A stretch of DNA of 64,000 nucleotides, taken from the NCBI GenBank assembly GCA_963725325.1, contig CAVRYF010000014.1:810390-874389 (forward strand), read 5' to 3'. Below, one piece after another: positions 48,813-57,915 of the stretch. The number at the start of each line of letters is the position of its first letter. Position 1 is the stretch's first letter. The notes under the pieces are model-generated. The model did no database searches. It saw only the letters and a list, made by a program, of their open reading frames with translations, and had not been told where the DNA came from. The DNA comes from an uncultured Acidobacteriota bacterium (lineage in GTDB: Bacteria; Acidobacteriota; Vicinamibacteria; Vicinamibacterales; 2-12-FULL-66-21). The translations under genes were made by a program, and so were the position numbers.

Positions 48813-48836
48813 CCTTCAAGCAGGAGTCGCACATCA

Positions 48837-48855
48837 GTGCCGGCCTCGCCGGCAC
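48837..48855 (+). terminator. Stem-loop GTGCCGGC-CTC-GCCGGCAC after the BlaR1-HEAT gene (possible extension 48821-48864)
   Basis: The perfect 8-bp inverted repeat was read directly. Outer CAGGAGT/ACTCCTG could extend the stem. There is no adjacent U-tract. Confidence 0.35.
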
Positions 48856-48903
48856 GCACTCCTGCGAGCGTCAGTGCTAGTTTTCTAGCAGAAGAGAGGG
48901 GTC

Positions 48904-50664
48904 ATGAGTCCGATTGCCGTCTTCTTTCGCACGCTCAGCCGGTCGAGTGCCATCTGCCTCGGCATCGGCCTCGTCATCGTCAACCCACCGTTCGACTGGT
49001 CGCCTGGCAAGGCGATGACGGGCCAAGCGGTGTTGACGGGAGTCACCGCGCAGAAGAGCCCGAACGAGGCGGCCATCGATGGGTTGATTGGCGCCCTCAA
49101 GGACAGCGACGCCGGCGTCCGCCGCCAGGCCGCGCTGGCACTTGGCGAGTTGCGCAGCCCGAGAGCCGTGCCCGGTTTGATCGAAGCACTCAAGGATTCG
49201 CAGACCGATGTCCGGTTGCACGCGATCATGGCGCTCGGCGAGCTCGAGGACGTGCGGGCGACGCCGGCTCTCGCACAGGCGCTCAAAGATGCCGAACCGA
49301 AAGTCCGCGCCAGGGCCGCCGCTGCCCTCGCCGAGCTTCGTGATCGCGGCGCTGTCGACGCGCTCATCGCCGCGGTCAAGGACAGCAACGTCGACGTGCG
49401 GAAGCAGGCGCTCATGGCCCTGGCGGAGATCCGCGACGAGAGCGCCCTCACAGCCATCACTGCGGCGCTCAAGGACGAGGACGCGAGTGTGCGCCGGGCG
49501 GCAGCCATGGCGTTGGCGGAGCTGAGCGGCGGCGGCTCACATGATGGAGCGCATCCCAACCCGCATCCTCATCCGCATCCACATCCGCGCCCGAACCCGA
49601 ATCCAGAATCCCAATCCCAATCCCAACCCGCGGCCGGGCGGAGTCCACTGATCATGCCGCGCTGCTCTCTCGTCCTGTGTGCCCTGCTGACGACGGTTCC
49701 CTCCGGCGGAGGCGGGCGCTTGATAGCCGCGGTGGATCGGCCGGCAATCCAGTCCGTGCACGACGCGCGGCCGGCACGCGAGCTCATCACGGAGCTCGGC
49801 GCCTCGGATGCAGCCGTGCGCACACGCGCCGCGTGCGGGCTTCGGGAGCTCGGCGACCGCGCGGTCGACGCCATCGGCCCGCTCGTCAAGCAGCTGGCGG
49901 ACGGCGCGCCGGTCGACGGCACGCTCTGCGGCCGGCGGTGGTCGCGCAACGGCGAAGAGAACCTGACGAGCCCCGGCGAGGAAGCGGCGGCGACGCTCGT
50001 GGCCATCGGCACCCGCGCCTTCGAGCCTGTTCTCACGGCGCTGCGCCAGGACGCGTGGATCGCACGACGCAACGCCGCGTGGGCGCTCGGCGCCCTCGAC
50101 GACAATCGCGCGGTCGCGGCGCTCAGCGAAGCATTGCGCGATCGCGAGGCACCCGTGCGCGAGCAGGCCGCGTGGGCCCTTGGAGCGATCGACGACACCG
50201 CCGCCGTACCCGCTCTCGTTGCGGCGCTAGACGATCAGGATCCGCGGGTCCGGCGTCAGGCCGCGTGGGCCCTCGGCGCGATCGACGATTCACGGGCCGT
50301 CGCGGGACTCAGCAAGGCCCTGAACGATGTCGACGAGAAGACGAGGAGCCAGGCAGCCTGGGCCCTTGGTGCGATTGACGACCGTGCGGCGGTGCAGGCG
50401 CTGGCGCGCGCGCTCGGCGACAAGGCCTCGAGTGTTCGCAAGCAGGCCGCATGGGCCCTCGGCGCGATCGACGACTCCGGAGCCGTCGAACCGCTGGTGC
50501 GCGTGCTCACTGATGAGAGCCCGGAGGTCAGGGAGCAGGCGGCATGGGCTCTCGGTGCCATCGGCGATTCCCGCGCGGTGCCGGGCCTGCTCGTTGCCCT
50601 CAAGGACAACAGCGTCGGCGTCCGACGTCAGGCCGCTTGGGCGATCGGGGCGATTGGCCGCTGA
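48904..50664 (+). CDS. HEAT-repeat protein with two repeat blocks separated by a low-complexity linker and a hydrophobic segment
   Basis: GAGAGGGG lies upstream of the ATG. The N-terminal hydrophobic segment is AICLGIGLVIV. There are five HEAT units (49063-49527), a linker HPNPHPHPHPHPRPNPNPESQSQSQP (49552-49629), a hydrophobic segment CSLVLCALLTTV, then about seven HEAT units (to 50661). Confidence 0.8.
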   Translation: MSPIAVFFRTLSRSSAICLGIGLVIVNPPFDWSPGKAMTGQAVLTGVTAQKSPNEAAIDGLIGALKDSDAGVRRQAALALGELRSPRAVPGLIEALKDSQTDVRLHAIMALGELEDVRATPALAQALKDAEPKVRARAAAALAELRDRGAVDALIAAVKDSNVDVRKQALMALAEIRDESALTAITAALKDEDASVRRAAAMALAELSGGGSHDGAHPNPHPHPHPHPRPNPNPESQSQSQPAAGRSPLIMPRCSLVLCALLTTVPSGGGGRLIAAVDRPAIQSVHDARPARELITELGASDAAVRTRAACGLRELGDRAVDAIGPLVKQLADGAPVDGTLCGRRWSRNGEENLTSPGEEAAATLVAIGTRAFEPVLTALRQDAWIARRNAAWALGALDDNRAVAALSEALRDREAPVREQAAWALGAIDDTAAVPALVAALDDQDPRVRRQAAWALGAIDDSRAVAGLSKALNDVDEKTRSQAAWALGAIDDRAAVQALARALGDKASSVRKQAAWALGAIDDSGAVEPLVRVLTDESPEVREQAAWALGAIGDSRAVPGLLVALKDNSVGVRRQAAWAIGAIGR

Positions 50665-50823
50665 CACAGGCGGCCGTGCCGGGCTGCATTGAATTGATTC
50701 CGGCTGCACGATCGGCAGCGCCTGCGGCCCGAGCGCGGCGCGTCGTCGCCGCGCGAGAGCGAGCGGGGGTGGGGCCCCGCGAGCATTGAGAATGCAGACA
50801 GAGTGCCCCAAGGAGCACCGTTC

Positions 50824-53235
50824 ATGATGTCTGCGCTTCAGGACCTTCGACTCGGTACCCGCCTCCTCGTCCGATCTCCGGGCTTCAGCCTCGTCGCGGT
50901 CGTCGCGCTCGCGGTTGGTATTGGGGCGAATACCGCGATCTTCAGCGTCATCAATACGCTCCTCCTGCAGCGCCTGCCGTATCCCGACGCCGATCGCCTG
51001 GCGATCGTCTGGGAGCACAACACGGTGCGCGATCGGAAGAGCAACGTCGTCGGGCCCGCCAACTTCATCCACTGGCGCGAGATGAATCAGGTCTTCGAGG
51101 ATCTTGCCGCCGCGACCATCACCTACAGCGTGACGCTCGGCGGCGACGGCGAACCGGAGGAACTGCAGGCGCAGTCGATCTCGGCGGAGCTCTTCCAGGT
51201 CCTTGGTGTGCCGCCGGCGCTCGGCCGCGGTTTCACGGCTGCTGAGAACGTCCCCGGCACCACCAGTGTCGTCATCAGTGATCGGCTGTGGAGGCGCAGG
51301 TTCGGTGCCAGTCCGACCATTCTCGAACGGCCGATCGTTTCGCAAGCGACGCCGTACACCGTGGTCGGCGTCATGCCGCCGCGCTTTTCGTTCCTCGACA
51401 AGACCGTGGATGTGTGGCTGCCAATTGGATTCACGGCCCAGTCACGCACGCCTCGCGGGCGCTCGCTCGTGGTTGTCGGCCGTCTCAAGCCGGGAGTAAC
51501 GGCCGAACGCGCCCAGCTGGACATGACGCGCGTCTCCGCCAACCTGACGCAGATGTTTCCCGAGTTCAACACGGGCTGGAGCTCCCGCGTCGTGCCACTG
51601 CGCGAGCAGCTGACCGGCGACGTCCGCCCCGCACTCATCGTGCTCGCCGCCGCTGTGGCGTTTGTTCTCCTGATCGCCTGCGCCAACGTCGCCAACCTCC
51701 TCCTGGCTCGGGCGACGGCGCGTCACCGCGAGCTTGCGGTTCGCGCCGCGCTTGGCGCCGGTCGGGCGCGGCTCGTCCGTCAGTTGCTGGCGGAGAGCCT
51801 CGTGCTTTCTGGCATCGGTGGTCTGTGCGGTCTTCTGCTCGCCTGGTGGGCACTTGGATTCCTTCGCGCCGTTGTTGCCGAACGGCTGCCCATCCAGCGC
51901 CTCGAGATGGTCACAATCGACTTCACCGTGCTCCTGTTCACGCTCGGCGCGTCACTGGTGTGCGGCCTCGTCTTCGGCATCGTTCCAGCTTTGACGGCCT
52001 CGGGCACGAGCCTCACGGATTCGCTGAAGGAAGGCGGGCGCACGGGATCGGCATCGCGCGGGAACCGGACGCGCGGCGCCTTTGTGATCGTCGAAGTGGC
52101 CCTTGCGCTGGTGCTCCTCGTTGGCGCGGGTCTCCTCGTGCGCAGCTTCGCGCGCCTGCTGGAGCAAAGCCCCGGATTCGATCCTTCGCGAACGGTGACG
52201 ATGCGCATTTCGCTGCCTCAGGCGCGCTATGGCGGCCAAGGCCAGCGGGCGCAGTTCCTGGCTCGCCTGTTCCAGCAGGTGGACGCGCTCCCAGGTGTTG
52301 AAGCCTCGGGCGCCATCAGTTTCCTTCCTCTCACCGGTCTCGCCGCCGCGACGTCGATGGAGATCGTGGGCAAGCCCACGCCTGCACGGGGGCAGGAGCC
52401 CGTCACCGACGTCCGCGTGATCACGCATGACTATCTGAAGACGATGGGAGTTCCACTCCTCAAGGGACGGCTCTTCAGCGAGCCGGATGCCTCGGATGCC
52501 AAGGGGCGCGTCATCGTGAACGAGACCATGGCGCTCAGGCACTGGCCTGGCGAGGATCCGATCGGCAAGCACGTCCGCATCTCCTGGGACAACCAGGAAG
52601 ACGAGGTCATCGGCGTAGTTGGCGACGTCAGACACCACGGGCTTGATGTCGAGAGCCGGGCGATGACCTATTGGCCGTACGCGCGGAATCCCTATGGCAC
52701 GATGACCGTCACGGTGCGAGCCACGGGCGATGCCAGCCGGATCGCCACGTCCATCGTTGCGCTCGTTCGCCAGCTCGATCCCGACATGGCCGTCGCCAGC
52801 ATCAAGACGATGGACGAGGTGGTGTCCAATTCGGTCGCGGAGCGCCGCCTCACGATGCTGCTGCTCACGTGCTTCGCCGGCGCGGCGCTTCTCCTCGCCG
52901 CCGTCGGCATCTACGGCGTGATCGCGTATGGCGTCACCGAGCGGACGCAGGAAATCGGCATCCGGATGGCGCTCGGTGCCCAGCGTGGCGACGTGCTGCG
53001 CATGGTGGTGAGGCAGGCGCTCCTGCTCGCCGTGGCCGGCATCGTCATCGGCGGCGCGGGGGCGCTGGTGCTGACACGGCTGATGGAAGGACTGCTGTTC
53101 CAGGTGAAGCCCTGGGACCCGGTGACGTTTGCCGTGGTCAGCGGGGTCCTGGCGGCCGTGGCGCTCCTTGCGAGCTACATCCCGGGCCGACGGGCCACGC
53201 GAGTCGACCCGGTGATTGCGCTCAGGGGTGAGTGA
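50824..53235 (+). CDS. Duplicated MacB/FtsX-type ABC permease without adjacent ATPase (ADOP-type orphan permease)
   Basis: The N-terminus is LQDLRLGTRLLVRSPGFSLVAVVALAVGIGANTAIFSVIN. There are two MacB-like halves, each with a large periplasmic domain and FtsX helices. The C-terminus is ...RTQEIGIRMALGAQRGDVLRMV. Confidence 0.85.
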   Translation: MMSALQDLRLGTRLLVRSPGFSLVAVVALAVGIGANTAIFSVINTLLLQRLPYPDADRLAIVWEHNTVRDRKSNVVGPANFIHWREMNQVFEDLAAATITYSVTLGGDGEPEELQAQSISAELFQVLGVPPALGRGFTAAENVPGTTSVVISDRLWRRRFGASPTILERPIVSQATPYTVVGVMPPRFSFLDKTVDVWLPIGFTAQSRTPRGRSLVVVGRLKPGVTAERAQLDMTRVSANLTQMFPEFNTGWSSRVVPLREQLTGDVRPALIVLAAAVAFVLLIACANVANLLLARATARHRELAVRAALGAGRARLVRQLLAESLVLSGIGGLCGLLLAWWALGFLRAVVAERLPIQRLEMVTIDFTVLLFTLGASLVCGLVFGIVPALTASGTSLTDSLKEGGRTGSASRGNRTRGAFVIVEVALALVLLVGAGLLVRSFARLLEQSPGFDPSRTVTMRISLPQARYGGQGQRAQFLARLFQQVDALPGVEASGAISFLPLTGLAAATSMEIVGKPTPARGQEPVTDVRVITHDYLKTMGVPLLKGRLFSEPDASDAKGRVIVNETMALRHWPGEDPIGKHVRISWDNQEDEVIGVVGDVRHHGLDVESRAMTYWPYARNPYGTMTVTVRATGDASRIATSIVALVRQLDPDMAVASIKTMDEVVSNSVAERRLTMLLLTCFAGAALLLAAVGIYGVIAYGVTERTQEIGIRMALGAQRGDVLRMVVRQALLLAVAGIVIGGAGALVLTRLMEGLLFQVKPWDPVTFAVVSGVLAAVALLASYIPGRRATRVDPVIALRGE

Positions 53236-53244
53236 GGCCCCCGG

Positions 53245-53337
53245 GGCGGTGTCAGGCAGTGAATCGTGAATCGTGTCGCTTTGGCCTTGGAACAAGCCAA
53301 AAACCGCGCAATTCACGATTCACTGCCTGACACCGCC
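53245..53337. repeat. Perfect 27-bp inverted repeat (39-nt loop) containing GTGAATC heptamer repeats
   Basis: The left arm GGCGGTGTCAGGCAGTGAATCGTGAAT (53245-53271) is the exact reverse complement of 53311-53337. The loop holds a small TTGGC/GCCAA hairpin. It lies between the permease stop (53235) and the next start (53372). Confidence 0.9.
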
Positions 53338-53371
53338 TCCCCGAGCCCTTTTGCAGTACGATCCCTGACGA

Positions 53372-54682
53372 ATGCTGCTGGCGTCAGGGATCATCACCCT
53401 GCTGATCCTGCTGACGGCGCTGTTCGTGGCGGCCGAGTTCGCCGTCGTGGGCGCGCGCCGGAGCCGGTTGCGACGGCTGGCCGAGGACGGCAACGCGCTC
53501 GCTGCCCGGGTGCTGCCCGTCCTCGAAGACCCGCACGCGCTCGACCGGTACATCGCTGCGTCGCAGGTCGGCATCACCCTTTCCAGCCTGATCCTCGGAG
53601 CCTACGCGCAGGCGTCGATCGCGCCGCGGGTTGCTCCCTTCATCCAGCGTCTCGGAGGACTGGAAGCCGAAACCGCCCAATCCACCTCAGCGGTCATCGT
53701 CCTGCTCATCCTGACGACGCTGGCGATGATTGTCGGAGAGCTCGTGCCGAAGTCCATCGCGCTGCAGGACCCCACCCGAACCGCGATGTGGACGGTCATC
53801 CCGATGCAGTGGTCCCAGCGCGCGTTTTCGTGGTCGATCGATTTCCTGAACGGCAGCGGCAACCTGCTGCTGAAGCTGATGCGCGTCAAGAACACCGGGC
53901 ATCGGCACGTGCACTCGCCCGACGAGATCGAGCTGCTCATCGCCGAGAGCCGCGACGGAGGGCTGCTCGAGCCGCAGGAGCAGGTCAGGCTGCATCAGGC
54001 GCTCAGGCTCGGTCTACGGACTGCGCGCGAGCTGATGGTCCCGCGGGCGCGCCTGGCATCGGTCGACGTGTCGACGCCCTTCGCGGATGTCCTCAGGCTG
54101 GTCGCCACCAGTCCCTACAGCCGGCTGCCCGTCTATCGCGCGTCGCCCGACGACATCATCGGCATCCTGCACACCAAGGATGTCGTCACCGGCTTCATCA
54201 ACGAGCGCGCCCAGACGTCCCTGATGTCGCTGCTGCGGCCGCTCGCCCGCGTGCACGGCAGCATCCCGGCCGACCATCTCCTGGCCTACATGCGCGACAA
54301 GCGCATCCACCAGGTGCTCGTGGTTGGCGAAGGCGGGCAGATCGAGGGGCTGATCACACTCGAGGACGTCGTCGCCGAGCTCATCGGCGGCGTGTCCGAC
54401 GAGTTCAAGGGCGCACCCGCGCGCGCCATTCTCCTGCCCGACGGCAGCGTGCGGCTTCCCGGAGCCATGCGCGTGGATCAAGCGGCGCAGGTGCTCGGCG
54501 CCGATTGGAAGGGTCCGGGTGACACGGTGGGCACGTTCGTTCCGCGCGTGCTTGGCGGCGTTCCAGCCCCCGGCGAGCAGGTCACGATCAGGGGCGTCGA
54601 CCTGGTGATCGAGGCGGTCGAGGATGACGTGGTGTCGTCGGCGGTCGTCCTTCCGCCTTCGACGAAGGACGCCCCGGAATGA
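53372..54682 (+). CDS. CNNM/CorC-HlyC family protein (DUF21 TM domain - CBS pair - CorC_HlyC)
   Basis: The N-terminus is LLTALFVAAEFAVVGARRSRL. It also has VGELVPKSIAL, a CBS pair (...MVPRARL..., ...HQVLVVGEGG...EGLITLEDV) and a C-terminal transporter-associated domain. Confidence 0.85.
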   Translation: MLLASGIITLLILLTALFVAAEFAVVGARRSRLRRLAEDGNALAARVLPVLEDPHALDRYIAASQVGITLSSLILGAYAQASIAPRVAPFIQRLGGLEAETAQSTSAVIVLLILTTLAMIVGELVPKSIALQDPTRTAMWTVIPMQWSQRAFSWSIDFLNGSGNLLLKLMRVKNTGHRHVHSPDEIELLIAESRDGGLLEPQEQVRLHQALRLGLRTARELMVPRARLASVDVSTPFADVLRLVATSPYSRLPVYRASPDDIIGILHTKDVVTGFINERAQTSLMSLLRPLARVHGSIPADHLLAYMRDKRIHQVLVVGEGGQIEGLITLEDVVAELIGGVSDEFKGAPARAILLPDGSVRLPGAMRVDQAAQVLGADWKGPGDTVGTFVPRVLGGVPAPGEQVTIRGVDLVIEAVEDDVVSSAVVLPPSTKDAPE

Positions 54683-55968
54683 CGGCCTTCCTGATCATCA
54701 CCGGACTCATCCTGCTCAACGGTATCTTCGTTGCGGCGGAGTTCGCGATCGTGGGTGCACCTCGCGCCTCGATCGACGCGCGCGCGGCCCGCGGCAACCG
54801 GCTGGCCGCGGCCGTACAGGCCGTGCTGCGCGACCCGAGGCGTCAGGATCGGTACATCGCGACAGCCCAACTGGGCATTACCGTCGCAAGCCTCGGCCTC
54901 GGCATGTATGGCGAGCACGTCCTGGCCGATGCGATCTACTACCGCATCGACAACGCTGGCGCGCCCGCATGGCTCGTCTCGCACGGCCTCGCGAGCGTCG
55001 TCGCGATCGCGATCCTCACCTACTTTCACATCGTCATCGGCGAGATGATTCCGAAGTCCCTCGCGCTTCAGCAGGCCGAAACCATGGCGCTCTGGATCAC
55101 GCCGCCGATGTTGTGGACGAAGACTCTCGTCTTCCCGCTCGTCGTGGGGCTCAACGAGATCGGCAACGTCCTGTTGAGATTCCTCGGCGTCAACCGGCAG
55201 GTGCAAAGTGTCGAGCAGTACTACACGCCGGAGGAGCTGCAGCTCGTCGTCCAGGAAAGTGAGGAGCGTGGGGCGATCCGCACGGAGTCCGGTCAGATGC
55301 TGCAGGTGCTGTTCGAATTCGCCACCCTGACTGCCGCGGAAGTCATGGTGCCCCGCGTGCGGATCACCGGACTGCCGCTCGGCAGCACGCCCGACCGCAT
55401 CCGCGAGCTGCTGGGACGCACGCCGCATACGCGCTACCCGGTGATCGAGCACGACCTCGATCACATCGTCGGCATGATTCACATCAAAGACCTGCTGAGG
55501 CTGTTGCTGCGGAACGAACCTATCGGTCAGCCCCACGCACGACCGCTGCCCCTCGTGCCCGAGACCGCGCCAATCGACACCGTGCTCGCTACCATGAGGC
55601 GCGAACACACGCAGATGGTGGTGGTCCTCGACGAGCACGGCGGCACCGCCGGCATCGTCACGCTCGAGGATCTCTTCGAGGAAGTGGTCGGCGACATCGA
55701 CGCTGGCCCGGGATCGCCAGCGCAGGCGTATCGTGACCGCGACGGCCGTCTCCGCGTCCCCGGAACGATGCGGCTCGACGAGCTCGGGCGCGAGTTCGAC
55801 CTCGACCTCGAACACGAGGAGGTCGACAGCGTGAGCGGCCTCGTCCTGGCGCTCCTCGGCCGCCCGCCACAAGTCGGCGATTCGGTGCGCTACGACCGGC
55901 TGCAGCTCGAGGTCACGGCGGTGAAGGGGCGCGGGGTCGAAGAATGTGCCGTGTGCCTGGCCGCGTGA
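54679..55968 (+). CDS. CNNM/CorC-HlyC family protein, paralogue of the preceding gene
   Basis: It has the same architecture (NGIFVAAEFAIVGAPR..., IGEMIPKSLAL, a CBS pair, HTQMVVVLDEHGGTAGIVTLEDL). An ATGA overlap joins it to the upstream gene. Confidence 0.85.
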   Translation: MTAFLIITGLILLNGIFVAAEFAIVGAPRASIDARAARGNRLAAAVQAVLRDPRRQDRYIATAQLGITVASLGLGMYGEHVLADAIYYRIDNAGAPAWLVSHGLASVVAIAILTYFHIVIGEMIPKSLALQQAETMALWITPPMLWTKTLVFPLVVGLNEIGNVLLRFLGVNRQVQSVEQYYTPEELQLVVQESEERGAIRTESGQMLQVLFEFATLTAAEVMVPRVRITGLPLGSTPDRIRELLGRTPHTRYPVIEHDLDHIVGMIHIKDLLRLLLRNEPIGQPHARPLPLVPETAPIDTVLATMRREHTQMVVVLDEHGGTAGIVTLEDLFEEVVGDIDAGPGSPAQAYRDRDGRLRVPGTMRLDELGREFDLDLEHEEVDSVSGLVLALLGRPPQVGDSVRYDRLQLEVTAVKGRGVEECAVCLAA

Positions 55969-55986
55969 CGTTCGGAGGCCCGAACG
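55969..55986. terminator. Stem-loop CGTTCGG-AGGC-CCGAACG filling the whole 18-nt gap between convergent genes
   Basis: Read directly. It starts 1 nt after the plus-strand stop and ends 1 nt before the minus-strand stop. Confidence 0.5.
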
Positions 55987-57906
55987 CTATCCCACGTGAA
56001 TGCGCGGCCGCTTGAGCGGGTTCGACTCGTTCTGCCTCAGCACCTCGCGCGTCACGGGCGCCGTGTCGCCCTCGCCGAGCGCCAGGAACTTCATCAGGTA
56101 GACAATCGGGTTGCCTTCGGTCCACCCGAAATACGCGTGCGGGATTTGTCCGGTCTCGTCGCGGAGGTAGAGGAGCAGCGCCGCGATGGCGTTGGGAATG
56201 GCCGAACTGACGCAGCGCAGGACGTGATGCCGGCCGACTTCGACACCCTCGACGTGCAGGCGTCCGCTGAACTCCGAAACATCCCCAGGACGCACCTCGA
56301 GGAAGAGCACCCGTTCGTCCTTCGTCAGGTGATGAGAGTCGCTGGCCTCGCGGAGCTTGTGCTCGTACTCCTCGGGCTGCCCGGTATCGGGACGATTGGC
56401 GATGATCCGGATGGGACCACCTCCGGCATCGTGCATGAATCGCCGGGCGGTCTCGTCTGGCTCCACTGACTGCACCCGCAGCTCAGTCGACCTGAGAACG
56501 CGCGAGATGAGCGACGTCACGATGATCGTGACGATGAACCATGACGCGATCTTGACGCCGTCGGGCCGTTCGATGATGTTGACGATGGTCGTGTAGAGGA
56601 AGACGACCGTGATCGCGCTGAACGCCAGCCAGAGGCGCCGCTGGGCGCGGACCGAGAGCGTCACCGCGACGGCCGCCGAGGTCATCAGGACCAGCACGCC
56701 GGTCGCATACGCGCCGCCCTGCGCTTCGACGTCGGCGTCAAAGATGATCGTGATGATGAAGGTGATGACCGTGAAGAGCACGACCAGCGGCCGTGACGCC
56801 CGCGCCCACTCCGGCGCCATGCCGTAGCGCGGCAGATAGCGGGGCACCAGGTTCAGGAGCCCGGCCATCGCCGAGGCGCCCGCAAACCACAGGATGGAGA
56901 TCGTACTCAGGTCGTAGACCGTACCGAATACCTCGCCGAGGTGTTCGTGGGCGAGAAACGCGAGGGCTCGGCCCCACGCCCGGCCGCCCTCCTCGAATTC
57001 ATGCGGTGGAATGAGCAGCGTCGTGATGAACGAGCTGCCCATGAGCAGCACCGTCATGATGAGCGCCGCGGTGGCCAGCAGCTTCTTCGCGTTCCGGATG
57101 CGGCCCGCTGGCCGCGCCGGATCGTCGCCGGGATCGCCCTGGACGAGCGGCATCACCGCGACGCCGGTTTCGAAGCCCGACAAGCCAAGCGCCAGCTTCG
57201 GGAAGACAATCAGGGCGGCGGCCAGCATCATCACCGGGTTGCCGTGGGCCTGCATCAGCCCATCGCGCCATCGCGGGAGGTACTCTGGATGATGGGCGAT
57301 TTCGAGGACGCCCCAGACGATGACCACCACATTGAGCGCCAGATAGATCGCCACGATGAAGACCGCGAGGCCGATCGCTTCCCGGAAGCCTTTCAGGAAG
57401 ACCGCCGACAGCATCGTCAGCAGGACGAGCGTGAGGCCGATCGGATGATTCGTCCACGTCGGCACGAACGGATTGCCCACGATGTGCGCGGTCGCGTCGG
57501 CTGCCGACAATGTGATGGTGATGACGTAGTCGGTCGCCGCGAACCCGAGCAGACAGAGGACGAACACCTTGCCGCGCCACCTGGGCAGCAACTCCTCGAG
57601 CATCGAGATGCTGCCCTGCCCATGGGGACTGTTCTCGGCCACGCGCCGGTAGATCGGCAACGCGCCAAAAAGCGTCAGAAGGATGAGGACCAGCGTCGCA
57701 ATCGGGGACAGCGCACCGGCGGCGAGGAACGCGATGCCGGGCTGATAGCCGAGGGTCGAAAAATAGTCGACGCCGGTGAGGCACATGACCTTCCACCACG
57801 CATCCTGGTGGACGTGCTGTGCGTGTGGTCCGGCCGGCTCGCGAAGCCCTTCGAGAAACCACCGATTGAACCGGCGCCGCCGCCTGGCAGAGAGTCCAAA
57901 TGGCAT
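55987..57906 (-). CDS. APC-superfamily-like transporter with C-terminal cytoplasmic domain
   Basis: It has about 12 helices. The N-terminus is [29 protein letters not shown] soluble tail of about 180 aa follows. The family assignment is from general resemblance only. Confidence 0.55.
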   Translation of the reverse strand: MPFGLSARRRRRFNRWFLEGLREPAGPHAQHVHQDAWWKVMCLTGVDYFSTLGYQPGIAFLAAGALSPIATLVLILLTLFGALPIYRRVAENSPHGQGSISMLEELLPRWRGKVFVLCLLGFAATDYVITITLSAADATAHIVGNPFVPTWTNHPIGLTLVLLTMLSAVFLKGFREAIGLAVFIVAIYLALNVVVIVWGVLEIAHHPEYLPRWRDGLMQAHGNPVMMLAAALIVFPKLALGLSGFETGVAVMPLVQGDPGDDPARPAGRIRNAKKLLATAALIMTVLLMGSSFITTLLIPPHEFEEGGRAWGRALAFLAHEHLGEVFGTVYDLSTISILWFAGASAMAGLLNLVPRYLPRYGMAPEWARASRPLVVLFTVITFIITIIFDADVEAQGGAYATGVLVLMTSAAVAVTLSVRAQRRLWLAFSAITVVFLYTTIVNIIERPDGVKIASWFIVTIIVTSLISRVLRSTELRVQSVEPDETARRFMHDAGGGPIRIIANRPDTGQPEEYEHKLREASDSHHLTKDERVLFLEVRPGDVSEFSGRLHVEGVEVGRHHVLRCVSSAIPNAIAALLLYLRDETGQIPHAYFGWTEGNPIVYLMKFLALGEGDTAPVTREVLRQNESNPLKRPRIHVG

Positions 57907-57915
57907 ATCGATCGA

